Assembly (NCBI GenBank): GCA_964530595.1
Contig: CAZGZL010000002.1
Coordinates: forward strand, 1-55,257
Reading direction: 5' to 3'
Source of the DNA: an uncultured Prevotellaceae bacterium
GTDB taxonomy: Bacteria; Bacteroidota; Bacteroidia; Bacteroidales; UBA3663
DNA: 55,257 bases
Shown: in pieces, positions 7,675-18,798 of the stretch
Numbering within the stretch: position 1 is the stretch's first letter
Layout: each line of letters starts with the position of its first letter
Position numbers and translations under genes: made by a program
The notes under the pieces: model-generated
The model's database searches: none
Seen by the model: only the letters and a program-made list of their open reading frames with translations
What the model was told of the DNA's origin: nothing

Positions 7675-10600
7675 TTAGTTTTCGCGCAGAGCCTTGCGGC
7701 GGCGACGTACAATGAGCAAAAGGATGACGATAGCGATCACCACGATGCCTATCACGACAGCACCGGAGACTAATGTGGTCTGTGCGTCAGCGGCAGGGGA
7801 GAGGTCTTCTTTCTTCAACACCATACCTTGCTTAGCATCGACGCTATTCTCGCGAATATCACGGATGTTGGCTTGGTATTGCTGCGCTGTGGCAGCTTCG
7901 CTCTTCGAGGCGATGAAGTCGCGCAGTTTGGCGTTGTCACATACGAAGCCGGAGCAAGAGGGCTTGTATTTGTTGACCAATTCGGTGTGGAGGTCGACAA
8001 TATCGCGTACCTGAGCTTCCGAGGCGTGCCACATACCCTTGCGCACCGTTTCGAGCATGACGGCGGTCATCTCTTCGAGCGCCGCGGGATTTTGTTGTTC
8101 AAAGAAGTCTTGAACTCCCAACTGATATTCATCTTTGACATAAACGTCGTAGATCTTATTCCACATCTCTTGGTCTACCGCTTGCGGCTTCATTACGTTC
8201 CAGCCATAGGTGTTTTGTACCACCTCGGCGAACGTTGAGGCATCGGCGGCACCACCCTTCATCTTCTCGCGGATGTAGGTGGGGTTGAAGATCGTTGTGC
8301 GACTCTCGACACCGATTGCCTCCTTCAGGTCTTGCATTCGGTTGTTATTACGGTTGCGATAATCGCTGAAGTAAGCATCCGGATCTTTGCCCGTCACGTT
8401 GCGAACCGCCAAGTTCATGCCACCCATAAATTCATATACGTGGTCTAAGCTGAGGGCGCCCCAAGTGTTGCTTTGGCGTGGCTGAATCACGGCGTCTGTG
8501 CGGGTCAGAGCCGCCTCGAACGCCACCTTGGAATACTGCTCCCAATCCTTCTCGCTACCGTAGAAGGCGCCCATATTGTTGAGGTATGTGTCGGCAATCT
8601 CCTGTTCTTGTTCCCAGCGATCGCCTGCTTGAACCATGCCCTGAATGCCTGTACCATAGCCTCCGTTTACGCCACCGAAGACGCGGAACGTCGACATTTC
8701 GCGTGCCTCTTTGGGCGAGATGCCTCGCTCCGTCAGGAGGCGTTCAGAAGCCACTACGCCGGCTGCCACTTGGTTCTCGTAGGCATCGCCTTCGGCAGCC
8801 GCAGCCATTTCGACGGCACGGTTGATCAAGAAGAGGCGTGACGCAGCCAAGTCGCGCAACTGACCACTGGTCTGTACTACTACGTCAATGCGGGGGCGTC
8901 CCAAGGTCTCTGAGGGGATGAGTCGCAAATCTGTTACGCGACCAAAGGCGTCGCGAATCGGCTCTACGCCGAGCATATAGAGCACTTGAGCAATCGTTGC
9001 TCCTTCGGTCTCGATAAATTCGCTGCTCCACAACGTGTAGCTCACCTTGCGCGGGATGCTGTCGTTGTGACGTTCGCGATACATCTTGATGGTATTTTCA
9101 GCCAACATTTTGCCTTTTTCCCAAGCCGCTTCACTCGGCGTGTTCTCGGCGTTGATGCCATAGAGGTTGCGTCCGGTGGGGAGTGCGTTCGGGTTGGCGA
9201 TAGGATCTCCGCCTGCCGAGGGGGCAACAAAACCGCCGTTCATGGCGTGAATCAGTGAAGCTAACTCGGCCTCCGGGCTGTTGAGTAACGCTTCACGATA
9301 GCGACCGACGTTCTTCAACGTCCGCTCAACCTCGGTGACAGCCAGGGCAAAGTTCACCTGCTCTTTGCTGTACTCCTTGCGTGCCGAGGCCATTTGTTGC
9401 ATCATGTCCGAAACGCCATCACCTTTGCCACTGACGCCGCCACCCATCTTGGCAGCCATCTTGCGCAGAGCCTCCGGGCTGGCACCCATCATGCGTGCCA
9501 TCTGCAACGCTTTTTTCATATCCATACCTTTGCCCATCTCTTTCATTTTAGCCATCTCAGCGTCTGAGGGTTTCCCCTCTGCGCTGTCCGGCTGAGCGGC
9601 TTCGGCAGGCTGTTGTTGTTGCATCTGGGCAGCCATCGCCATCATCATCGCCATCATGCTCTGAGGAGCACGGCGAGAACGCTCTATTTCACGCGCCTCA
9701 GTCAACTGTTCCATTGTGATTCCGGCGGTCTGGCAGATCCATTCGTCGGTCGCTAATTCCGGCTGTGCCAAGAGCCGAGTGACGAGCGCTTTGGCGGGTT
9801 CACGATAGCGAGCGTTGAAGCGGGTGGCGTGACGTTCGGTATCGACCGAAGCGCGACCGCGTAATTTGTCGAGCGCGAGCATTCCGTAGGCGATCGGATC
9901 GGTAGCCATGGCGTAGACGCTGCTGGTGATGCGTTCCGCTTCGTAAGGGGTGCCCAAAGTGTAGAGTTGTCCTGTGATCTTTTCGGACGCCAACTCTTCG
10001 GCGAAACTTTCGATGCGGGCGATCTCGTCCGCGTTATAGGGTTGTGACAGGATGCTGTCCAAACCTAACTCGCGGTGCATTCCGAGTTCGACCGAGAGGC
10101 GCTTGACTTGCAATGCCGCTGCCGTAAGCTCCGGCGAGCTACTACCTTCCGGCAGCCTTTCTAAATACTGATTGTAACGTTTCAGGGCATCGCTCAACGT
10201 CTGATATGTTCCGCGTACATTGCTCTCCATAAACGGAGGGGTCAAATGGGACTGAATGCCGGCGTAGGTGCGACGTTTCGCAATGAGCGCTTCGCCTACG
10301 TTGCCGATCGTATAGACGTAGAGGTGCGGCAGGTCGCCGATCAACTGATCCGACCAATCGTTGTTGCTCAAGGCAACTTGCTTGCGCGGCGTGTATTCCA
10401 AGCTGCCGTGTGTGCCGAAATGGATCAACACGTCGGCTTGGAAGCCGTAACGCGCCCAAAGGTAAGTGGCAATGTAGGGATAGGGGGGAGCTGCTTCGGT
10501 GCCGTGGGCTATCTGGAACGTATTGTCGCCGATGCCAGCCAAGCTCTGCGGCAGCAGGGTGACGTTGCCCAAACGGATGCGAGCTACTGCCAATTCGCCC

Positions 10601-12090
10601 TCTTCCGTGCTCATGTAGCTTCCGGGGAAAGTACCATACAGTTGCTCCACTTGGCGATAAAGACCCGACTGCTCAACGCTCTGATGATTCATTTGGCTGA
10701 ACCATTGATCAAACTCCTCGCGAGAGATCATTTCAGGGTGTTGCGTGCGGATGAATTCGTCATATGCCCCCACGGCATAAGGATTGAACACGGCGCCTTG
10801 TTGCTGGATCAGTTGCGACAATTCTTCTGCCGAAGCCGGGAGTCCCTGCACATTGTAGCCCTCCTGCTTCATGCGTTGCAATAAGTTGAAGAGTGAGGGG
10901 GCTACCTCCAATCCGCCGGCTGTCAGCGCGTTTTGTCCCGGGCCTTTGAAGTAGACGATGGCGACACGTTTCTCGCTGTTGCTCTTGTGTGCCAAACGTA
11001 CATAATTATTTACGGTGTTGACAAAGGTTTCCAAACGTTCCGGCATGGCATACACCTCCTGCAATCCCTCGCCGTTCAGACGGTGGGCAAAGAGGGCGTA
11101 GGAACGCAAGGCTCCGTCGATCTCCGGCGTCACAATGCTCTGCGACATGAAGCCCCCCGACATTCCATTCTTATCTTCTTCCCATTCTTCCGTCAAGCGG
11201 TTTACGTTCAGTGGGGCAAAGAGGGGAATATTTTCGCGCGTCAGCCACGCTACAATGTCGTCACCCAAGCGTCCATGTGCCATGTAGATCATGGCTGCGA
11301 AGTGTTTGCCACTGTCTGTGGCATCGTGGCGCATGGCTTCGGTCATTGCTTCACCACATACAGCTTCGATCAACGCCTTGGCATTTCGTGCCGGATAAAC
11401 CACATTGCCGCTCTCCTCCAAGCGACGCACCAAGTCGGTGGCATCGCCCATCTGTCCGGTGACGATGATGCGCGGCGCAGCCCCATTCCAGAGGTTATTC
11501 CGACGCAAGAAGTCTTCGTATTCCTCGATCGTATTGAAACCTAATTCTTCGGCTTTAGGATCCTTGGGATCGGCGTGATAGAGCAGCGAGGAGGCACGCT
11601 CTTGTACCGGAGCAATGGTGCCGAGGCTGACTCGTTTGCCGTCAATGTGCCGACGTACGTAGTTGAGGAGGCTTCGATAATTGCCACGACCGCCGGCAGA
11701 GAGATATTGTGCTACGGTGTCTGCGGCGATACTGTCTAAACTCACGATTCGGTTGGCAGGATTGGTCGCTGCTGTTGTCATCACGGGGAGCCCACAGAGC
11801 GCCGCCACTTCGATCTGCGAACGCTGCTCTTCTGTCAGACGGAGCCCCATGCCGTTCATGAACACCATGTCGTAGCTGTCGATGTCGTCTAAACGGTCGG
11901 CAGTCAACTCTTCGATGTGAATAAAGGGATTGTCGTTCGCCTTGGAGATTTCGCCCAAGGTGATCACCTGATAATTGATAAAAGCGATGCGTGTCGGAGC
12001 TAACCATCGGCTCCAGCTCCATGCCGCCGTCCCGATGAGGACGATCGCCAAGGCGCCCCACGCAATGATGCGTTTGGTCTTATGTTTCAT
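7675..12090 (-). CDS. hmuS: CobN/Mg-chelatase-family large subunit (HmuS-like putative heme dechelatase)
   Basis: 1471 aa with CobN-like blocks (HFGTHGSLEYTPRKQ, PTGRNLYG, DVVVQTSGQLRD, QSNTWGALSLDHVYEFMGG). N- and C-terminal TM anchors. Sits between a TonB-dependent receptor gene and an ExbB-like gene. Confidence 0.85.
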   Translation of the reverse strand: MKHKTKRIIAWGALAIVLIGTAAWSWSRWLAPTRIAFINYQVITLGEISKANDNPFIHIEELTADRLDDIDSYDMVFMNGMGLRLTEEQRSQIEVAALCGLPVMTTAATNPANRIVSLDSIAADTVAQYLSAGGRGNYRSLLNYVRRHIDGKRVSLGTIAPVQERASSLLYHADPKDPKAEELGFNTIEEYEDFLRRNNLWNGAAPRIIVTGQMGDATDLVRRLEESGNVVYPARNAKALIEAVCGEAMTEAMRHDATDSGKHFAAMIYMAHGRLGDDIVAWLTRENIPLFAPLNVNRLTEEWEEDKNGMSGGFMSQSIVTPEIDGALRSYALFAHRLNGEGLQEVYAMPERLETFVNTVNNYVRLAHKSNSEKRVAIVYFKGPGQNALTAGGLEVAPSLFNLLQRMKQEGYNVQGLPASAEELSQLIQQQGAVFNPYAVGAYDEFIRTQHPEMISREEFDQWFSQMNHQSVEQSGLYRQVEQLYGTFPGSYMSTEEGELAVARIRLGNVTLLPQSLAGIGDNTFQIAHGTEAAPPYPYIATYLWARYGFQADVLIHFGTHGSLEYTPRKQVALSNNDWSDQLIGDLPHLYVYTIGNVGEALIAKRRTYAGIQSHLTPPFMESNVRGTYQTLSDALKRYNQYLERLPEGSSSPELTAAALQVKRLSVELGMHRELGLDSILSQPYNADEIARIESFAEELASEKITGQLYTLGTPYEAERITSSVYAMATDPIAYGMLALDKLRGRASVDTERHATRFNARYREPAKALVTRLLAQPELATDEWICQTAGITMEQLTEAREIERSRRAPQSMMAMMMAMAAQMQQQQPAEAAQPDSAEGKPSDAEMAKMKEMGKGMDMKKALQMARMMGASPEALRKMAAKMGGGVSGKGDGVSDMMQQMASARKEYSKEQVNFALAVTEVERTLKNVGRYREALLNSPEAELASLIHAMNGGFVAPSAGGDPIANPNALPTGRNLYGINAENTPSEAAWEKGKMLAENTIKMYRERHNDSIPRKVSYTLWSSEFIETEGATIAQVLYMLGVEPIRDAFGRVTDLRLIPSETLGRPRIDVVVQTSGQLRDLAASRLFLINRAVEMAAAAEGDAYENQVAAGVVASERLLTERGISPKEAREMSTFRVFGGVNGGYGTGIQGMVQAGDRWEQEQEIADTYLNNMGAFYGSEKDWEQYSKVAFEAALTRTDAVIQPRQSNTWGALSLDHVYEFMGGMNLAVRNVTGKDPDAYFSDYRNRNNNRMQDLKEAIGVESRTTIFNPTYIREKMKGGAADASTFAEVVQNTYGWNVMKPQAVDQEMWNKIYDVYVKDEYQLGVQDFFEQQNPAALEEMTAVMLETVRKGMWHASEAQVRDIVDLHTELVNKYKPSCSGFVCDNAKLRDFIASKSEAATAQQYQANIRDIRENSVDAKQGMVLKKEDLSPAADAQTTLVSGAVVIGIVVIAIVILLLIVRRRRKALREN

Positions 12091-12119
12091 ATCTTTTTAA
12101 TAGGCTTTCAAGAGACAGA

Positions 12120-14042
12120 TTACTCCCAGAACTTTTCTAAGTCGATGGCTACGCCAACACTGAACGTTGTCCCTGTGGTTGTGGGGGAGTTACTGTAATA
12201 ATAGGAAGGACGGTAGTTGAAGAGGTTGTCGACGGCGCACGTTACGTGGATTCCGTTATAAATGTTCTGCGTCGCGGTCAACTTCCATAAGGTGTACCCC
12301 GGATAGCGTTGACGAACGGTCTCTTCATAAGAGGTGACGGAGGTATATTCGTCAGTCGTAACGGCTGAAAGGTAGCGTCCACTGAGGGAGAGGTCGAAGC
12401 CGTAATGTTTCCAATCCTTGCCATAGTTGATGCGCGCTGTGGCGCAGTGAGGACGGGTCGAGGAGGTGAGCGGTTCTCCCTTCTTGATATGCTCGTAAGT
12501 GTAGGCGTAAGAAAGACGAGCACTCAAACCGCAAGACCAACGTGCCGAGGCGTCGGCATTGATTCCGCTGACGTCAAGATCCGCCATGTTGGTGTATTGC
12601 TGGCCCGCCAATTCACGATTCCACGCCGTTGTGATGCGATTGGAGACGCGGTTGTAAAATCCCGTCACGGTAGCGTTGTATCCACCGCGGGTAAATTCGC
12701 CCGTCATCGAGAAGTTGTGACTGCGCTCCGGCTTCAGATCTTCGTTGCCGTAGATCATGAAGATGCTCGCCATGTCGAAGTTCATATACATTTCTTTGAG
12801 CGTTGGGGCGCGGAATCCGCCGGCGTAAGAGGCGCGCAGGGAGGCGTAAGTCCACTTATACATGGCTGCAATTTTGCCACTGAGATTGCTGACGTCTGCC
12901 TCAGAGTAATAATCGTAGCGCAACCCGCCCAAGAGATTGAGATGTGCCGTCGGATTGTAATCCATCTGCAAGAATCCGTCGGCGGTGTATTGTTGCTTGT
13001 CCCCGTCCGAAAACTGATAGGTTTGCAAATAATCATACATATAATCGCCGCCAACGGTCAGCGTATGCTTTTCGGCGAACGAAATATTGTAGAGGGCACG
13101 CACCGTGTTCTGCACATTGCTATAGTCTCGGATATCCTTGCGCAAGAGATGTTCGTAGTCACTTTTGTCGTATTGGTCAAAAGAATATGCCACCTCTAAC
13201 TGTTGCGTCTCATTGATGGAATATTCACCTTTGAGTCCACCGCTGAAGTCGCGATAACGTTCGTCGGAAGTTGGTTGCGCGTAACGTTCACGATAGAAGT
13301 AACCGGCGCGACCGGTCAGCTTCAACGCATCAGAGGCGCGATAGATCAGGCGCTCCTTGACGTTCCACGTCTCGTTGCCGTAAATGGTGCTGTAATCGCC
13401 GTCGCGTTTCAAGTTGATGGCGTCAACCGACGTGTGCTGTACGTTGGTCTGGCTGTTCCACTTCCCGCGATTGAATCCCAACGTCCCACCGTAGCGCCAC
13501 TCGTTGTGCGCTCCATAGTGACTGTTGAGGTGCAGGCTCCAAGGGGCAATTTCAGTTTTGCTAATCAAATTGATGACGCCACCTACTGCATTGGAACCGT
13601 AGAGCGACGATGCCGCGCCGCGCACGATCTCAATGCGTCCGACGTTGTCTAAATTCAAGCGACTGTAGTCAACGTTGTCTAACGTCTCGCCTGCCAAGCG
13701 TTCTCCGTCGACAAGGAAGAGGACAGAGGTACCCCCGAAGCCTTGTAGGTTGAGCGACGTTTGTTGATTCATCGAAAAACTAAATTCTACGCCGGGAAGC
13801 TCTTCTTGTAACAATTCGCCGACGTGCGTTGCATCAACGCGTCGGATGTCATCGGCGGTGATGACACGTGTCACCACCGGGGCATTCTTGAGCAATTTCG
13901 GGGTGCGGGTGCCGGTGACAACTACCTGATCTATATTGCGACAAGTGTCGATCTCTGTAACCGAAGAATCATGCGCAAATGTGGTCGAGTAGGTCAGCAA
14001 GGTGCAGCCTAATAAAGCTATAGAGTGTCGAGTGAGATTCAT
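12120..14042 (-). CDS. hmuR: TonB-dependent outer-membrane receptor (HmuR-like heme receptor)
   Basis: Signal peptide, plug domain (DQVVVTGTRTPKLLKNAPVVTRVI, IEIVRGAASSLYGSNAVGGVINLI) and a 22-strand-type barrel. The start overlaps the hmuY stop by 4 nt. Confidence 0.85.
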   Translation of the reverse strand: MNLTRHSIALLGCTLLTYSTTFAHDSSVTEIDTCRNIDQVVVTGTRTPKLLKNAPVVTRVITADDIRRVDATHVGELLQEELPGVEFSFSMNQQTSLNLQGFGGTSVLFLVDGERLAGETLDNVDYSRLNLDNVGRIEIVRGAASSLYGSNAVGGVINLISKTEIAPWSLHLNSHYGAHNEWRYGGTLGFNRGKWNSQTNVQHTSVDAINLKRDGDYSTIYGNETWNVKERLIYRASDALKLTGRAGYFYRERYAQPTSDERYRDFSGGLKGEYSINETQQLEVAYSFDQYDKSDYEHLLRKDIRDYSNVQNTVRALYNISFAEKHTLTVGGDYMYDYLQTYQFSDGDKQQYTADGFLQMDYNPTAHLNLLGGLRYDYYSEADVSNLSGKIAAMYKWTYASLRASYAGGFRAPTLKEMYMNFDMASIFMIYGNEDLKPERSHNFSMTGEFTRGGYNATVTGFYNRVSNRITTAWNRELAGQQYTNMADLDVSGINADASARWSCGLSARLSYAYTYEHIKKGEPLTSSTRPHCATARINYGKDWKHYGFDLSLSGRYLSAVTTDEYTSVTSYEETVRQRYPGYTLWKLTATQNIYNGIHVTCAVDNLFNYRPSYYYSNSPTTTGTTFSVGVAIDLEKFWE

Positions 14043-14737
14043 TTAGAAAAAGTGACGGGATAAAGATAATCGATAGTCATGAAACCTTTGACCGCTTGCG
14101 CGCTCTTGAAATTGCTGAGCCGTAGAGCCGCCATGCTCTGATCTGCCAAACGGAGCACGTAGACGCGGTTCGAAAGGGTATAGGTCGGGGGCATATTGCT
14201 TGTGTCAACGTCCAGCCAACGCGATAGTGTGGCGTTGTAGTACGAAGGCGTATATTGCAAGATTCCGTCCAACATCTGGCTCATGTCGATGGTGATCTGC
14301 TCCGTCGTCCACAAATCGCTGTCGAAAGTGGCGTTGGCGGGCAAACCTTGGACACGCAGCTCTTCGAATGTGGAATAGGGGGTCTCGTAGACTGCACCGC
14401 CACAAGTCTTAGCATCGTAGCGATGTACCGCAAAGTCAAAGTCCGACGGCTCACGAAGAAGACCGTCTGCATCCATATTCTCGTCACAAATGGCTACCGT
14501 ATCGGTAGTTAACGTGTGCAGGTTGATGTACGTCCAACGGGTGTAGCTTGTCGCGTCAATATAGATCGTTCCGGACTGTGAGAGGGGGTCTATTTCGATG
14601 AATCCGAACTCGGAACTCGTCAACGTGTCGTCTGCACTATCGTAAAGACCGTCAAAGAGACCATCACAAGCTGAGAGCGTCCAAATGGACGCTCCCAACA
14701 TGATCAAACTTCCAATTCTTGTTTTCAATGCTTGCAT
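14039..14737 (-). CDS. hmuY: HmuY-family hemophore-like lipoprotein
   Basis: Lipobox IWTLSA-C-DG. HmuY-like core FDFAVHRYDAKTCGG and C-terminal VYVLRLADQSMAALRLSNF. Directly upstream of the TonB receptor gene. Start set at the ATG at 14737. Confidence 0.75.
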   Translation of the reverse strand: MQALKTRIGSLIMLGASIWTLSACDGLFDGLYDSADDTLTSSEFGFIEIDPLSQSGTIYIDATSYTRWTYINLHTLTTDTVAICDENMDADGLLREPSDFDFAVHRYDAKTCGGAVYETPYSTFEELRVQGLPANATFDSDLWTTEQITIDMSQMLDGILQYTPSYYNATLSRWLDVDTSNMPPTYTLSNRVYVLRLADQSMAALRLSNFKSAQAVKGFMTIDYLYPVTFSK

Positions 14738-14793
14738 GACTTGGCAGTGGTAACAATGATATAAATAGGATGATATGCAGTCGCGTTGCAAGG

Positions 14794-15255
14794 TTATTGG
14801 CGTGTGCCGACGTAGATACAGTTAATAGACATCGGCATAGCGCCCGGTTTGAGGCTGATCGTCAACGTAGCCTCTTTGCCGGCGATGGCGCCGCTGATAG
14901 AGCCGGTGTAAGTGGTTTCGTTCACCACTTGGTCGATGGCGGTTTCATTCAGCGTATAAATACCATTTTCACCACTGACAGAAATGCCGCTGATAGTCAT
15001 TTCCGGCAGAGACATGTGACCAGAACCATAGGCACTGAGCTGTACGGAAACTGTGTTGTCCGAAATGCTTTGAATCGTAATCGTCTCTTCGCCTGAACCC
15101 TGATCTTGACCCATAACGCTGAGCGCCATCGTGCCGCTATAAGTGCCGCTAATTTCTTGCGAAGCGGGCGTGTCGTCGTCATCATCACTACAAGCGGGAG
15201 TTACACAAACCATAGTTGCAGCCATCAAATAGGCGAAGAAATTCTGAACTTTCAT
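14794..15255 (-). CDS. Small lipoprotein, calycin/lipocalin-like beta-barrel pattern, first gene of the hmu operon
   Basis: Lipobox VCVTPA-C-SDDDDD. GTYSGTM...ITIQSISDNTVSVQL...ISGISVSG...GSISGAIAGKEATLTISL resembles Bacteroides calycin-like domain proteins. Family assignment is tentative. Confidence 0.55.
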   Translation of the reverse strand: MKVQNFFAYLMAATMVCVTPACSDDDDDTPASQEISGTYSGTMALSVMGQDQGSGEETITIQSISDNTVSVQLSAYGSGHMSLPEMTISGISVSGENGIYTLNETAIDQVVNETTYTGSISGAIAGKEATLTISLKPGAMPMSINCIYVGTRQ

Positions 15256-15320
15256 AATAGATGTAATTTTTTATTTTAATAATGAATTTATGCTCTGTAT
15301 CACGATTCTTATTGACGCTG

Positions 15321-15328
15321 CAAAGGTA
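15321..15328 (-). promoter_or_regulatory. Bacteroidetes -7 promoter element (TACCTTTG on minus strand) for the hmu operon
   Basis: CAAAGGTA on the plus strand, 66 nt upstream of the first operon ATG (15255). Confidence 0.5.
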
Positions 15329-15430
15329 GGGGGATGGCATAGGGTGGACAATACCTAAAAATGAGGAAAAACTTAGAGCGAGATTTCGAAGGGTGTGTTT
15401 AGTTGGCAAGATTCGATGAGTGATCATTCA

Positions 15431-15471
15431 AAAATAAAGGCTCCGGAATCTCCTTGGGAGGTTCCGGAGCC
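15431..15471 (-). terminator. Rho-independent terminator of groEL
   Basis: 15-bp stem GGCTCCGGAATCTCC / GGAGGTTCCGGAGCC (one G-U pair). On the minus strand it is followed by TTTATTTTT. Confidence 0.8.
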
Positions 15472-15508
15472 CAATCCTATTGTTATGTGCTAAATTGATG
15501 TGCCTGAA

Positions 15509-17182
<1,674 letters not shown>

Positions 17183-17229
17183 TCAATGAATTCATTTGTG
17201 TCAGAGAATCCTTTGAGTATCGGCATCTT

Positions 17230-17502
17230 TTAGGCGATGACGGCGAGCAGGTCGCTCTGGCGCATCATCAAATATTTCTCGCCCTCGAACTCCAGTTCCT
17301 GTCCGGCATATTTGCCGTAGAGTACAGTGTCGCCGGGCTTCACGGTCATTACTTCATCTTTAGTACCGTTGCCGCAAGCGATCACTTCGCCTTTCAGCGG
17401 TTTTTCCTTTGCCGAGTCGGGAATAATGATTCCACCGATCGTCTTTTCTTCGGCCGGTGCCGGTTTAACGAGGACGCGGTCAGCAAGTGGTTGAATTTTC
17501 AT
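17230..17502 (-). CDS. groS: Co-chaperonin GroES (10 kDa)
   Basis: [35 protein letters not shown] is a canonical GroES. An alternative ATG lies two codons upstream at 17508. Confidence 0.95.
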   Translation of the reverse strand: MKIQPLADRVLVKPAPAEEKTIGGIIIPDSAKEKPLKGEVIACGNGTKDEVMTVKPGDTVLYGKYAGQELEFEGEKYLMMRQSDLLAVIA

Positions 17503-17735
17503 AGTCATGAATGTTTTGAAGTTAGACTTATATATTTTTATCTATTATATTATATGTGTGATACGAAGTGTGTGCGGTGCGACCTTTTTACAGCTCGGCA
17601 TCTGTATCGCTTCGTGCTCGATAATGAACTTACAAAATCCGTGCCAAAGCGACCAAATTGCCGAATTTGACAAAATGTCACCCTCGTTTGCAATCAAAAT
17701 GCTGTTAGAAAGTCTTCGTATATCATTGAAATACT

Positions 17736-17743
17736 TATCTTTG
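17736..17743 (+). promoter_or_regulatory. Bacteroidetes -7 promoter element (TATCTTTG) for the AKR/MATE unit
   Basis: Exact TAnnTTTG match 18 nt upstream of the ATG at 17761. Confidence 0.5.
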
Positions 17744-17760
17744 CCTTGTCTTAATGTTGC

Positions 17761-18777
17761 ATGACAATGAACAATCTGTCAACCTCCCACTATCAGCCTG
17801 CCGAAGATCGCTACGATGCCGACACTATGTCTTACCGACGCAGCGGACGCAGCGGCATCTTAATGTCTGAACTCTCTTTAGGCTTTTGGCATAACTTTGG
17901 CGCTCGTGACGACTACGAAAAGGCTAAGGCCATGGCGCACGCAGCGTTTGATCACGGCATCACGTGCTTCGATTTGGCGAACAATTACGGACCTCCCTAC
18001 GGCTCTGCCGAGCGTACCTTCGGTCGTTTGATGCGCCAATCGTTTGCTGCCTATCGCGATGAGATGTTTATCACGACCAAAGCCGGTTACGATATGTGGA
18101 GCGGTCCTTATGGCAACTGGGGCAGCCGTAAATACCTTATTTCTTCGTTAGACCAAAGTTTGCGGCGCATGGGATTAGATTATGTCGATTTATTCTATTC
18201 CCATCGTTATGATCCATTGACACCGCTCGAAGAGACCATGCAGGCATTGGTCGATATTGTGCGTTCGGGCAAGGCGCTCTATGTCGGCATCTCGCGTTAT
18301 CCAGCAGATGCTGCAGCCTTCGCTTATCGCTATTTGCGCGAACATGACGTCCCGTGCCTCTGTTATCAGGGACGATATAACATGCTCTATCCGAGCGATG
18401 GCGGCGAGATTATGGCGCAAGCTGCTGCCGCCGGAGTTGGCTACGTCGGATTTTCACCGTTGCAACAAGGATTGCTCTCTGACCGCTACTTAGAGGGCAT
18501 CCCCCAAGGTTCCCGCATGACCCACAGTCGTTATTTGAAGCCGGAAGTCCTCACTCCGGAATTGCAAACGCAACTGCGACGCCTCAATGAGATCGCCCTC
18601 GATCGCGGTCAATCATTGGCTGATATGGCTTTAGCTTGGGTTTTGCGGCGTCCCGAAGTGACGAGCGTCATCATCGGTACCAGTTCCGTACAACAACTGT
18701 ACGACAATCTACGTGTCTTGCAGAGTCCCCCCTTCTCGGCGGACGAATTAGCCGCCATCGAGCGCGTTTTGCGCTGA
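17761..18777 (+). CDS. Aldo/keto reductase (YghZ/Tas-like, Kv-beta-type AKR)
   Basis: YRRSGRSGILMSELSLGFWHNFG, FDLANNYGPPYGSAERTFG, LYVGISRY: typical of the AKR11/14-like family. Confidence 0.85.
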   Translation: MTMNNLSTSHYQPAEDRYDADTMSYRRSGRSGILMSELSLGFWHNFGARDDYEKAKAMAHAAFDHGITCFDLANNYGPPYGSAERTFGRLMRQSFAAYRDEMFITTKAGYDMWSGPYGNWGSRKYLISSLDQSLRRMGLDYVDLFYSHRYDPLTPLEETMQALVDIVRSGKALYVGISRYPADAAAFAYRYLREHDVPCLCYQGRYNMLYPSDGGEIMAQAAAAGVGYVGFSPLQQGLLSDRYLEGIPQGSRMTHSRYLKPEVLTPELQTQLRRLNEIALDRGQSLADMALAWVLRRPEVTSVIIGTSSVQQLYDNLRVLQSPPFSADELAAIERVLR

Positions 18778-18798
18778 AAACACCTACACGGTCTATTT

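Noticed and set aside
10246-11544. Two ORFs over 200 aa (10246..10884, 10933..11544) antisense to hmuS
   Set aside because: These are shadow ORFs opposite a continuous 1471-aa CobN-like frame, with no motifs.
15275-15293. AT-rich TTTTAATAATGAATTTATG between the hmu promoter box and the first ATG, considered as a Fur box
   Set aside because: It has only loose resemblance to the GATAATGATAATCATTATC consensus, and AT-rich leaders are common here. This cannot be claimed without a position-weight-matrix scan or binding data.
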